DNA of 64,000 nt from an uncultured bacterium (GTDB lineage: Bacteria > Omnitrophota > Omnitrophia > Omnitrophales > Aquincolibacteriaceae). Each line of letters begins with the position of its first letter. Position 1 is the first letter of the stretch. Position numbers and translations under genes: made by a program. The DNA lies in NCBI GenBank assembly GCA_964434115.1, contig CAYSSX010000009.1, positions 19,992 to 83,991 on the forward strand, read 5' to 3'. Below, piece after piece: positions 50,363 to 59,728 of the stretch. The notes under the pieces are model-generated. The model was given only the letters and a program-made list of their open reading frames with translations. It was not told the origin of the DNA and did not search any database.

Positions 50363-51556
50363 TCATTTTGTGCCGGCCGCTAGAACTTTTTGCCCGCTGT
50401 CTTTTTTCTTAAAAAACCGGTACCAGGACATTGCGAATCCGGTCCATACCAGCATCACGGCACCGGCCGCGCCCAGGAAAACAAGAACCTGGTTGATGAC
50501 ACCCAAAGCCTCTCCCGTATGAAGGTTTCTCGCCCAGACTCGCCAAACACGGCCGCGGGGATGACGGGTGTAAGGCTCCCACTTTTTTTCTTCGCCTGAG
50601 GGGGTCAAGGTCAGTTGAGAGCGGGCATTAGGATACCACCAAACCGGCTTTTCTTGAATCCAAATACTGACCTCCCCGCCCTCGCGCTGGGGCAGACGAA
50701 GAGCGATGGAAACCCATCCCGGAGCGGCTTTCTGAATGCCCTTTTCAAGCAGGTTTTCGAGGTTCAAAACAACCTGCTCTTTTTTGATTTCAAGTGAATC
50801 TTTTTGCATGTTAATGTTATTTTTATCCTGCTTCTTTTCCCGTTCTGAAGAAGGTGCCGCTTTCCGGAAAACAGGCGGTTCGCTTCCCGCGGCCCGGTAA
50901 AGCAGGTTATTGGCCCAGGTGTAAGACATCACCAATCCGGTCAGGGTCGTCATCAAAAGAATGGGCAGGCACCAAAAGCCGATTACATTATGCCAATTCC
51001 AGTCCCTTTGCTTTCCCTGAACGGCAGCATTAAAAAAAACTATTCCCTTGAGGGAATTCCAATGCCAGTTACGCGGCCACCATAAATAAAGGCCGCTGAT
51101 CACAAGAAACAGAAAAAAGACGTTACAGGCCTGCGTCACCACCTGCCCTTTCTCCCCCCAGGCAAGCTTGCGGTGGATGTCTTCCATCTGATGAAGAAAT
51201 TGATGGGCCTTTGATTCTCCGCCCAGCACAGTCCCTGTATAAGGATTCAGATAGAGCGATCCGCCGCCTTTTCCGAAGTTTACAACCGCCGCACCCAAGG
51301 GATCTGATGCCAGGGTGATCCCGGTGACCCGCGCCCCCTTCTTTGCTTCACGGGCCTTGGCCGCAAGGTCATCCACACTCAGACGGCCCGCTTCTGGCGA
51401 AGGCTTTTCTACCGTGCGGAGATCTTGTTCCGCGAAATCCAGAATCTGATGTTCGAAGGCCATGCTCATGCCCGTAAGAGCCATGATCAGAATAATCAGC
51501 CCCGCGGTTAACCCCGCTCCCAAATGAATCCAAAATAGAACCTTCCGAAAATTCAT
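50363..51556 (-). CDS. piuB: PepSY-associated TM helix protein (PiuB-like)
   Basis: Four TM helices flanking periplasmic PepSY-like regions. Conserved WHxxxG-type helices (RKVLFWIHLGAGL, VWRVWARNLHTGEALG). Confidence 0.8.
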   Translation of the reverse strand: MNFRKVLFWIHLGAGLTAGLIILIMALTGMSMAFEHQILDFAEQDLRTVEKPSPEAGRLSVDDLAAKAREAKKGARVTGITLASDPLGAAVVNFGKGGGSLYLNPYTGTVLGGESKAHQFLHQMEDIHRKLAWGEKGQVVTQACNVFFLFLVISGLYLWWPRNWHWNSLKGIVFFNAAVQGKQRDWNWHNVIGFWCLPILLMTTLTGLVMSYTWANNLLYRAAGSEPPVFRKAAPSSEREKKQDKNNINMQKDSLEIKKEQVVLNLENLLEKGIQKAAPGWVSIALRLPQREGGEVSIWIQEKPVWWYPNARSQLTLTPSGEEKKWEPYTRHPRGRVWRVWARNLHTGEALGVINQVLVFLGAAGAVMLVWTGFAMSWYRFFKKKDSGQKVLAAGTK

Positions 51557-51561
51557 GCGTC

Positions 51562-52242
51562 TTACACCTCAGCCCAGCGGCGAAGCAAATTATGATAAAC
51601 ACCCGTGAGCTGAATGCCGGACGGATGATTCGGAAAATCCCTGCTGATTCTTTGAATCGCAAGGTCGAGATCAAAAAGAATCGAACGCTGGCTGTCTTCA
51701 CGCACCATGCTCTGGATCCAGAAAAAGGACGCCACACGCGCACCCCGGGTCACAGGGCGCACGTGGTGGAGGCTGGTCGACGGATAAAGCAGCATCTGTC
51801 CTGCCGGAAGTTTAATGTTGTGCACCCCATAGGTATCTTCAATCACAAGCTCGCCGCCGTCATAGTTTTTGGGGTCTTCCAAAAACAAAGTCGCGGAAAG
51901 GTCGGTGCGGATGCGGTGCGGCGTTCCAGGGACCTGGCGGATCGCATTATCCACATGCGTTCCAAAGGCCTGTCCGCCTTGATACCGGTTGAAAAGCGGG
52001 GGGAACACCCGAAGCGGAACCGCGGAGGAAAGAAACAAAGGATTTTTTCCAAGCGCGGCAAGTATGATGTCCCCGGCTTCCTTTGCGGCAGGATGATTCT
52101 CCGGAACCTGCTGATTGTCCTTAGCCAGCGCGGACTGATAGCCTGCCGTGACACGGCCGTCCACCCATTCCGCCTGATCAACCATCTGGCGCACGCGCTT
52201 GACCTGTTCCGCCGTCAAAACGTCAGGAATCGTAATCAACAT
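51562..52242 (-). CDS. piuC: PKHD-type Fe(II)/2-oxoglutarate hydroxylase (PiuC/YbiX)
   Basis: Near-colinear with E. coli YbiX: [63 protein letters not shown]. Confidence 0.9.
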   Translation of the reverse strand: MLITIPDVLTAEQVKRVRQMVDQAEWVDGRVTAGYQSALAKDNQQVPENHPAAKEAGDIILAALGKNPLFLSSAVPLRVFPPLFNRYQGGQAFGTHVDNAIRQVPGTPHRIRTDLSATLFLEDPKNYDGGELVIEDTYGVHNIKLPAGQMLLYPSTSLHHVRPVTRGARVASFFWIQSMVREDSQRSILFDLDLAIQRISRDFPNHPSGIQLTGVYHNLLRRWAEV

Positions 52243-52278
52243 TTCAAATCTCCTTTTCCCGCATGATTTTCAAGTCTT

Positions 52279-54498
52279 CTAAAACTCAAATTCCGTGGCA
52301 GCAATAAGCGAACGTCCCGCACCCGGAATAAAATGCCCGCCGCCCACACCGGCGATGTATTCCTGATTAGTCAGGTTATAGGCGTTCAGTCTCAGCGTGA
52401 TATGGTCATTAAGTTTGTGCGCAAACATCGCGTCAAAAAGCCAGTACTCCGGCGCTTTGCGCGTGTTGGCATTGCTGTTGAAACGCGCGTCGACATACTG
52501 CATGCCGAGGCCTGCCTCGCAGTCAAACGGAAGCTGGTAAGTTGACCACACACTGAAAGACTGCTGCGGCGTATTGCTGAGCTGGTGCCCCACTTCGCTT
52601 TGCGTTTTTGAACTGAGGATCCTGCTGGCAAGGACCGTGTAGCCGGAGAAAATCTTCCAGCGTTCCGTGATATTCCCGGTCATTCCCAATTCGATTCCGT
52701 TCACACGCTGATCACCCTCCACCACAACAACATCGTCCGCGGTGCTGGCAAGGCTTGTGCCTGGGTCAGTCGTACGCGCGTTGTTTTTCTTGGTATGAAA
52801 AAGCGCGGCATTCACGCCGAGCCTGTCTTTAAAAAGGTCCCATTTGGTCCCGATTTCATACGTCTGCGTGGTTTCCGGATCCAGACTCAGATTGTTTTGG
52901 GAGCTCGCGGTGCTGGCCAGCGTCAAACCTTCGGCTGTCGGATTAAAGGATGTCCCGTAGCCAAAATAAACACTGCCGTTGGGAAGCGGTTTGTAAACAA
53001 GCCCGCCGCGCCAGCTGAACTTACGGTCAATGCGCGACAAGGGTTCCCCTTCAGGGCCGGTGGCAGACTGGAAGTCGGTTGTAAAATAATCCCAGCGAAG
53101 GCCGCCATTCACTTCCCATTGTTCGTTCAGCTTAACCGTGTCAAAGACTGATAAGGCCACGGAATTCGAAACCGCCACATTTTCTCTCGGTGAAATACTG
53201 ATGACATCCATGTAAGACTGGCCGGGTTCGGGATTGTATAAATCCGCAAAAGGCTCACCGCTTCCCGTGCGAGGCCGGTTGGCGGACCTTTCATAGATGT
53301 ATTCAAGTCCCGTCACCAGCGCATGCTCAAGACGCCCCGTATCAAAATGAAGTGTCGCGTCGATCTGATCATCTATCACGGTATCCAGCATGTCACGCGC
53401 CTGCACCTGGCGGTTGATCGATTGGTTTTTGGCATTCGCGAAACGCGGTGCGGTCACAATGGAATCACGCGAGGCACGACCATACCGGAACTGATTGCGC
53501 AGGGTCAATTCATCGGTCGCGTCATATTCCACTTTCGCGGTCCACAGATGCGTCTGGGTTTTTTCGTAATCCCTGTCCAGCAGGCCATAGAAATTGTGCC
53601 AGCTTACGGGCGCAGGCTGGTCTCCCAGCCCTGTGAGAGAACCGGTAGCATTCGCCGGAGGCACCCACGGAATTCCATAATCAGGGACATTGTCCTGCCC
53701 CAAATAAAAATAGCTCAAATTCACACGTAAAGCTGTTTCAAGTCCCAAAGCCAAAGACGGCGCAATGCCCCAGCGCTTATTCGTCACTTCGTTTCTTCCG
53801 GCCGTATCCGCATCGTGAAAAAGGCCGTTGATACGAAGCGCTGTTCCGGGAATCGGAATTTCCGGAAGGGGCTGATTGAAGTCCACAGTACTTCTCTTGT
53901 AAAAGGCAGAACCAAACCCTACGGATCCGCTCATGAAACGGTCAAGGCTCGGGGCCTTGCTGACCTGATTAATCGAACCGCCCGTAGAACCCCGGCCAGC
54001 ATAAGAAGACGCGGGCCCTTTGGAGACTTCGACCTGCTCAAGGTTAAAAGAGTCGCGGGTATAGCCGCCAAAATCACGAACACCATCCACAAACATATCA
54101 GTGCGCGCACTAAAACCACGGATCGACATCTGGTCCCCCGCAGGAACGCCGCCTTCACCGGCCTGCATACTGATGCCTGGGACATTGCGCAAGGTTTCCC
54201 GGAGCGTTGTTGCGCTTTGGGCCTTGATCACGGCCTGCGGAACAACCGTGATGGTCTGCGGAATATCAAGAAGCGGTTCCGTGTATTTCGAGGAAGAGAC
54301 GTTTTCCGGTTTATAGGATTTTTTTCGGGTGTCCGTCTGGGCTGTCACAAGAACCTCGGGCGTGACGCTGGAAACGGGAACCGTGCTTTTATTCGTTTGA
54401 TCTTCCGCGGCGCGGGCGTGGCGTGTCAGGATGAACATGCCCATTGCCAGCGCAAGGGACAGAAACCTCAGCTTGATCGTATGCTTCAAATACTTCAT
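52279..54498 (-). CDS. TonB-dependent siderophore receptor (Fiu/PiuA-like catecholate type)
   Basis: Signal peptide, TonB box region, plug and 22-strand barrel. C-terminal terminal-Phe motif (...ATEFEF). The gene order with piuC matches fiu-ybiX. Confidence 0.9.
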   Translation of the reverse strand: MKYLKHTIKLRFLSLALAMGMFILTRHARAAEDQTNKSTVPVSSVTPEVLVTAQTDTRKKSYKPENVSSSKYTEPLLDIPQTITVVPQAVIKAQSATTLRETLRNVPGISMQAGEGGVPAGDQMSIRGFSARTDMFVDGVRDFGGYTRDSFNLEQVEVSKGPASSYAGRGSTGGSINQVSKAPSLDRFMSGSVGFGSAFYKRSTVDFNQPLPEIPIPGTALRINGLFHDADTAGRNEVTNKRWGIAPSLALGLETALRVNLSYFYLGQDNVPDYGIPWVPPANATGSLTGLGDQPAPVSWHNFYGLLDRDYEKTQTHLWTAKVEYDATDELTLRNQFRYGRASRDSIVTAPRFANAKNQSINRQVQARDMLDTVIDDQIDATLHFDTGRLEHALVTGLEYIYERSANRPRTGSGEPFADLYNPEPGQSYMDVISISPRENVAVSNSVALSVFDTVKLNEQWEVNGGLRWDYFTTDFQSATGPEGEPLSRIDRKFSWRGGLVYKPLPNGSVYFGYGTSFNPTAEGLTLASTASSQNNLSLDPETTQTYEIGTKWDLFKDRLGVNAALFHTKKNNARTTDPGTSLASTADDVVVVEGDQRVNGIELGMTGNITERWKIFSGYTVLASRILSSKTQSEVGHQLSNTPQQSFSVWSTYQLPFDCEAGLGMQYVDARFNSNANTRKAPEYWLFDAMFAHKLNDHITLRLNAYNLTNQEYIAGVGGGHFIPGAGRSLIAATEFEF

Positions 54499-54896
54499 GG
54501 AATATCTCCGGTAAATATGAAAGTGCTTGCTGGCTGGGTCTGTCGTTTTCCACCGCTTGTCCCTGGCTAATCAAAAGCGGCTGGAGGTTATTCGCTACTT
54601 GATCAGGATCAGCTTTCCGGCTTTTGTAACCTGAAGCCGGTAGCGCGAATCCCCATGTAAAATCAGTATTTCCCGGGTGCCCTGCAGCAGATCTTCCGAA
54701 CGGATCTCCCGCACAGAAACAGAGGACGGCTTTTTAGGACTGGGGGAATAGTTCCCCTTTTCTGAATCTTTCATCCTTGAATTCCCGGATTCCCAAACAG
54801 GTTTTTTAAAAGGCTGGCTGGGTACTTGGCGGGAGGCGTCCGTCCCTGGCTGTGTTAGTCGAAAGGGTCTGACCTTTTGACAGTCAGGATTTCGTC

Positions 54897-54937
54897 TAAT
54901 TAAGACATAATCTTAATTAGATTTTATCTTATGTCAA
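54897..54937 (-). promoter_or_regulatory. Putative promoter (TTGACA-N16-TAAGAT, minus strand) overlapped by a perfect inverted repeat operator (TAATTAAG-acataat-CTTAATTA) upstream of the iron-uptake operon
   Basis: Read directly. The inverted repeat at 54897..54919 covers the -10 hexamer. The AT-rich ATAAT-type hexamers resemble Fur boxes. It lies about 400 nt upstream of the receptor start codon. Confidence 0.4.
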
Positions 54938-54994
54938 GGCTGTTTTTTATAAGGCTCAAGGGCTTTCGGGGTGCCTTCGGAGAGTTTTAGAGGG

Positions 54995-55030
54995 GAAAAA
55001 TAAAAAGCCGGAACCCGTAAGGTTCCGGCC
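54995..55030 (-). terminator. Intrinsic terminator downstream of small membrane-protein gene
   Basis: GCCGGAACC-cgtaa-GGTTCCGGC hairpin followed (minus strand) by TTTTTATTTTT. Confidence 0.8.
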
Positions 55031-55054
55031 TTCGAAAGATTTTTCAAGATCTCC

Positions 55055-55294
55055 CTATTTTTTAAGGGACATAATCAAAAGAGCCATTCCGCCAAATGTG
55101 CCCGCCATAAGCAGCACCGCGACAAACATCATGATTAAACGGCCCTTCTCGGCGCTCGCGTCTTTCTTTTTTTTCTCTGCGTTGAGCTGCTGCATGCTCT
55201 TGCTTCCGCCCGTGCTGGAGAGAGCCTTCCGTCTCCGGCGTTCATCTTCAATTTCCGCCTGCTTTTCACGGGACAATGTCTCTTCTTCTGCCAT
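55055..55294 (-). CDS. Small protein with charged N-terminal half and single C-terminal TM helix
   Basis: 79 aa. Glu/Arg/Lys-rich N-terminus, then LIMMFVAVLLMAGTFGGMALLIMSL. Followed by a clean terminator. Confidence 0.5.
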   Translation of the reverse strand: MAEEETLSREKQAEIEDERRRRKALSSTGGSKSMQQLNAEKKKKDASAEKGRLIMMFVAVLLMAGTFGGMALLIMSLKK

Positions 55295-55422
55295 AACAAC
55301 CGCCTTTCAGTGGGGGCTTCCAGACCGGTCTTTATGACCGCGTCATTCTCAAAAGACTACCATAGATACTCTGAGAATAAAACAAATCACCCCCTAATTT
55401 TCAGGAAATTACCGGCGACCCG

Positions 55423-56116
55423 TCAGCTTCTTTCAAGAAGAATTGCCATCTGGTAGCCGTAAGCTTCAGGGGTCACTGAAAGCATTTTGTAGTATGGGGT
55501 TACGAGATTCATAAAGGACGGGAGGCTGTAAAAAACCTGCGGGTCTTTGAGGCCCTTCAAAGAAAGAATTCCAAAATCCCCGGCCGAGGCCTCCATAAAG
55601 CACCGGTCGCTTAAACATTTTTGAGTCAGCCAATGCTGAGGATGTTTGGTTGAGGGTTTCCAGGGTGTGCCGGTCATGCAGCGTAAGGTAAAGACGCCAG
55701 CCAGGGAGCTGCCTCTTCAAGGTGCGTGAAAACCGAACCCGCATAAACGAGATTAAAAAAACCAGTTTCAAAGGGAATTTCCGGAAGAACCGAGGTCTTA
55801 CAGAAGTGGAAAGGCGGAACAAGCGCTGAACGGCACCACTCAATGCTTTCCGCGTGAACATCACAGCTCCACACTTCAACTTTTGAAGTCAGCGGTTTAA
55901 GCCAGCGAAGCATCCGTCCCGCGGCACATCCAAAATCGAGAATGCGCCCCCCTTTTTCAAAAGAAAAATCCGAGGAAGCGACAAGTTCAAGCAAGGTACG
56001 GACATCTTTTTTCCCCCGGAAAGATAGCTTTCGGAACTTCTGCCGTACCCCGCCCCTAAAGACTCCGGCGGTATCGGCAGTCCCTGCTCACAAATCATTT
56101 CATCCTGCTTTTGCAT
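55423..56116 (-). pseudogene. Class I SAM-dependent methyltransferase disrupted into three reading frames (frameshift at a C6/T5 homopolymer tract about 55945-55956, plus an ATGA junction at 55674-55677)
   Basis: The middle piece (55674..55994) carries motif I ILDFGCAAGR, post-I CDVHAESI and motif II FFNLVYAGSVF, but stops right after motif II. The upstream piece (55889..56116) reads the same nucleotides in another frame up to the homopolymer. The C-terminal piece (55423..55677) starts at an ATGA overlap. Confidence 0.5.
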
Positions 56117-56127
56117 AAGAGCTTTTT

Positions 56128-57327
56128 CTAAAAACGCTTTCCTGGATAGCTCCGGGCCAGTTCACGCAGGCGAAGCAGCCTTTTTCCAGCCTCTTTCAAG
56201 GTCTCTTCTTTTTTGGCAAAATGAAATCGGACAAAATTCCGGACGTCTTCCTTGAAAAAACTCGACCCAGGGACCGCGGCAACGCCCACGGCCTGGGCCA
56301 TCCACTCACAAAACTCCACATCACTTGCGGCGCCGAATTCACCCACATCCGCCATCACATAGTAAGCGCCTTGAGGCGCGGTGTAGGGAATCCCGGCTTC
56401 ATCAAGCAGCTTCAGGAAAAGGTTTTTCTTCCGGATGTAATGGACGAGAAGATTTTCATAGTACGTGTCCGGAAAATTTAACGCCGTGACTGCAGCCTCT
56501 TGCAGCGGCGCCGCCGCTCCCACGGTAAGAAAATCATGGACCTTCCGGGCCGCATCAATCACCTTCGGTTCCGCGATCAAGTAGCCCAGGCGCCATCCCG
56601 TAATGGAATACGTTTTGGAAAGAGAGCCGCAGGAGACGGTCCGTTCAAACATGCCTGGAAGCGCCGCAAAATAGGTGTGCTTAAACGGCGGGTAGACAAT
56701 ATGTTCATAAACTTCATCCGTGATCACGAAAACATCATATTCTTCCGCGAGCCGGGCGATTTCAAGGAGTTCTTCCCGGCTGAAAACTTTTCCCGTGGGG
56801 TTGCCGGGATTGCAGAGAATCAGGGCCTTGGGCTTATGTTCAAAAGCGGCGCGGAGGACCTTTTTGTCGAACTCAAACGAGGGCGGCACAAGCGGTACAT
56901 AGATGGGAACAGCGCCTGTTAAAATCGCGTCAGCCGCGTAGTTCTCATAAAATGGAGAAAATACAATCACCTTGTCGCCGGGATTGGTGACAGACATCAT
57001 GGCCGCCATCATGGCTTCGGTGCTTCCGCAGGTCACCACAATGTTTTTCTCAGGATCGATTTCAAACCCCATGTAACGGCTTTGCTTTTTCGCCAAAGCA
57101 GTCCGGAAGTTAGGAGCTCCCCAGGTCACCGCGTATTGATGGGGCCCTTTCAAGGCAATATTTTTCAGGGCTTCCGCCAATTCCGCGGGCGGATCAAAAT
57201 CAGGAAACCCCTGTGAAAGATTCACCGCCCCGGTTTGGTTGGCGACGCGGGTCATGCGCCGGATTACGGATTCACTGAAAGTACTCGTGCGGCTGCTAAT
57301 GGAAGGCATAGATTTTCCCCTGTTCAC
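56128..57327 (-). CDS. PLP-dependent aminotransferase, class I (YbdL / kynurenine-type)
   Basis: NLSQGFPDF N-terminal motif, SKTYSITGWRLGY PLP-lysine region. 399 aa. Confidence 0.85.
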   Translation of the reverse strand: MNRGKSMPSISSRTSTFSESVIRRMTRVANQTGAVNLSQGFPDFDPPAELAEALKNIALKGPHQYAVTWGAPNFRTALAKKQSRYMGFEIDPEKNIVVTCGSTEAMMAAMMSVTNPGDKVIVFSPFYENYAADAILTGAVPIYVPLVPPSFEFDKKVLRAAFEHKPKALILCNPGNPTGKVFSREELLEIARLAEEYDVFVITDEVYEHIVYPPFKHTYFAALPGMFERTVSCGSLSKTYSITGWRLGYLIAEPKVIDAARKVHDFLTVGAAAPLQEAAVTALNFPDTYYENLLVHYIRKKNLFLKLLDEAGIPYTAPQGAYYVMADVGEFGAASDVEFCEWMAQAVGVAAVPGSSFFKEDVRNFVRFHFAKKEETLKEAGKRLLRLRELARSYPGKRF

Positions 57328-57414
57328 ACTTCAAATTCAGGACAAGAGTATAGGGAAAGGCTTTCAAGCGGGCAAGGCGAGAAGTTCCACGGGGAAATGA
57401 AAAATCCGGAAAGC

Positions 57415-58311
57415 TTATTCGGACAGGGCTGCCGCAATTCTTTCAGGCGAGGTTTTCTTTAAATCCCAGGCAAGGCCGGTCCGGGACAAAACGAAAATGA
57501 ACCATTTGCTCGGATCCCAATGATAGGCCTTGTGTCCGTTCCGGTAGTCGTTGGGAAACTTGTGATGATAGTTGTGATACCCCTCGCCATTGGTCAGGAG
57601 CGCCCAGAACCAGCTGTCGCCCGCCGACACATCCCGGTCATACTTTTTGTCCCCCGCCATGTGCGCGCTGGAGTTCACAAAAAAAGCCATATTCAGGATC
57701 AGGGTCACACGCAGGCAGAATGTCATAATAAAGGCGCCGAGAGGATGCCCTATCCACCACCCGATCAGCATGGGGATCACAAGCCCCGAGGACACGGACC
57801 ACAAATCATAATGCTCATGCTGATGCGTAATAAGTTTGTTTTTGGATAAATCGACAACATTCCTGAAATTCACATTGTGTTTGTAGAACATGATCCAGCC
57901 CATGTGGCAGTAAAAGACACCTTTTTTACTGTTATGCGGATCCAGCTCCGTATCGGTGAACTGATGGTGCTGTCTGTGCTGGGAAGCCCAGCGGAGCGCG
58001 GATTTCTGAAACGTCGCCGCCCCGAAAAAGAGGAGCAGGAAGTTGACAACTTGATTGGTTTTGAAAGTCGCGTGAGAGTATAGCCGGTGATACCCCACCG
58101 TAATCGCGAGGCTTGTCGCAATCAGATAGAAAAAAAAGAGGGCGGCTTCGGAAGCGGCCAGCCCTTGACGGGCGATATACACCGGGGTCCCGAGAATCCC
58201 CACGATGGCAATCAGCGGCATAAAGATAGCCGCCATCCAGCGGGTCGATCTTTTCGGGGGTGAATACTCGTTCCGGATTACGCTTTCATCAAGACTTACG
58301 GATTCCATCAT
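57415..58311 (-). CDS. Acyl-CoA (delta-9) fatty acid desaturase
   Basis: Three His boxes (HRLYSH, HRQHH, HNYHHKFP), four TM helices. Confidence 0.85.
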   Translation of the reverse strand: MMESVSLDESVIRNEYSPPKRSTRWMAAIFMPLIAIVGILGTPVYIARQGLAASEAALFFFYLIATSLAITVGYHRLYSHATFKTNQVVNFLLLFFGAATFQKSALRWASQHRQHHQFTDTELDPHNSKKGVFYCHMGWIMFYKHNVNFRNVVDLSKNKLITHQHEHYDLWSVSSGLVIPMLIGWWIGHPLGAFIMTFCLRVTLILNMAFFVNSSAHMAGDKKYDRDVSAGDSWFWALLTNGEGYHNYHHKFPNDYRNGHKAYHWDPSKWFIFVLSRTGLAWDLKKTSPERIAAALSE

Positions 58312-58353
58312 CTTTTTCTTCCCTGAATAAACATTTCCTTGAAAGGTTTTTCT

Positions 58354-58857
58354 TTAATCCCGGTCGGCATTCGCGAGGGCGCTGACCAGTAAAGGATTGA
58401 GGTCCGCAACCGGCCCCAGGTTTCTCTGAATTCTCTCCGCAACGTCTTTCACCGTGCTTTTCAGCACATATGCGAGTTCGCCGGTAATCCCGCGCACTGA
58501 CCGCTCCAGCCGCTGGCGTTTTCTCATATCTTTCATGGAATCCTTATTGGAGGCTTCTGACCAAATGGTCACGGAAAGCGCCCAGGCCTGGCTGTTCCGG
58601 GAATCCTTTGAAGATCCTGTTTTAAAAAAATCGAGGATTGAATTCGCTTCGTCGACCGAAATCAATTTACAAAAACCGGAACTCTCCAAAGACTTCTCGG
58701 AAATCACGAAGCGCACCTTGCCCCGGCTCGCCACAACAGGAAGAAGCGAATAGCTGACATCTCCTCCGCGCTGTTCCGGCGGAAGGATCGCGGAAACCCG
58801 GCACAGCCCGTGCGAGCCATGGAAAAGCAAATCATCTTTCAATATCGTTTCCTTCAT
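58354..58857 (-). CDS. CarD/CdnL-family RNA-polymerase-binding transcription factor (divergent)
   Basis: N-terminal Tudor-like segment LLFHGSHGLCRV compares with GDKAVYPGHGVGEV of CdnL. FCKLISVDEANSIL compares with REIISEEDVKQVYSIL. Probable start MKETILK. Confidence 0.55.
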   Translation of the reverse strand: MKETILKDDLLFHGSHGLCRVSAILPPEQRGGDVSYSLLPVVASRGKVRFVISEKSLESSGFCKLISVDEANSILDFFKTGSSKDSRNSQAWALSVTIWSEASNKDSMKDMRKRQRLERSVRGITGELAYVLKSTVKDVAERIQRNLGPVADLNPLLVSALANADRD

Positions 58858-58880
58858 AGTTACGCTCCCTTGACCTGCTT

Positions 58881-59099
58881 TTATTTGGTTCTCCATACGA
58901 TTCTTCCACGGTCCAAATCGTAGGGAGACAAATGCATCATGACAGTATCTCCGGCAATAATCCGGATATGCCGGAACTTCAATTTTCCTGCGGCATAAGC
59001 CAGCACTTTGTGGCCGCCGTCGATCACAACCCGGTACTGCGAATTGGGCAGAACTTCCTGAACTACGCCCGTAACCTCAACCGCATCCTCTGCTCCCAT
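58881..59099 (-). CDS. infA: Translation initiation factor IF-1
   Basis: 72 aa with an S1-like fold. VVQEVLPNSQYRVVIDGGHKVLAYAAGKL...GDTVMMHLSPYDLDRGRIVWR matches IF-1 nearly position by position. Confidence 0.9.
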   Translation of the reverse strand: MGAEDAVEVTGVVQEVLPNSQYRVVIDGGHKVLAYAAGKLKFRHIRIIAGDTVMMHLSPYDLDRGRIVWRTK

Positions 59100-59145
59100 A
59101 AACGCCTTCCTGACAATCGCGCCCCGGTAAAAAAATCTCCCGGCT

Positions 59146-59499
59146 TCACGATGTCTTAACTGTCTCTTCTTTTATTTCAGCAGCGGCATCTTCACTGAAA
59201 GGGCTGTCGGACTTAATTTCTTTGATCTCCGCTGTTTTCGGAGTTTCCTTCGCGGGTAGAGCATTGTTTTGGATCCCAAACTTGATCCCTTTTGCCTGGA
59301 CAACCGTCTCGGCCGAAAGCGACAGGGGTCCGGCCTCATACCCTGTGCCCTTTCTTTCAGCTCTTCCCAAGCCGGGGAAAGAAAGGCATAGCACCGCAAC
59401 GGTCAGGGCCATCCTAAAAAAAACGCGGGTTCTTTCCCTTGAATGACTCATAAACTCCTGGTTTTCAGGCTTATCTAAAGATGCCGTAAAAAAACCCAT
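59146..59499 (-). CDS. Secreted hypothetical protein
   Basis: Signal peptide (RVFFRMALTVAVLCLSFPGLGRA) and a low-complexity Lys/Glu-rich mature part. The start may be an internal Met. Confidence 0.45.
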   Translation of the reverse strand: MGFFTASLDKPENQEFMSHSRERTRVFFRMALTVAVLCLSFPGLGRAERKGTGYEAGPLSLSAETVVQAKGIKFGIQNNALPAKETPKTAEIKEIKSDSPFSEDAAAEIKEETVKTS

Positions 59500-59728
59500 T
59501 GAAAGGGGGAGGAAAGGTGAATCAACCTGATTGGGCCGGAATGCGCGAAGAAGCTTCAGGGAGTGCTTTAAGACTATTCGTCTTGCAACGCCACAGACGC
59601 TCTTATTGGAAATGGCGGGAAGTCTGTAAGAAAAATCGGTCTTCGTCTATGAGAAGCATAACAGAATCGGGGCCGGATAGATAGTACTCAAAACCTGCCC
59701 AGGCTGGCCGCTCGAGGGTTACTGCGGG

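Noticed and set aside
54877-54905. Plus-strand TTGACA -35 hexamer next to the palindromic operator
   Set aside because: There is no acceptable -10 at 16-18 nt, and no plus-strand gene or terminator-bounded unit downstream. The minus-strand promoter reading into the receptor gene is the better explanation.
55466-55879. 137-aa minus-strand ORF
   Set aside because: It is the third reading frame across the disrupted methyltransferase. It is Arg-rich junk (…RPRFFRKFPLKL…) with no motif.
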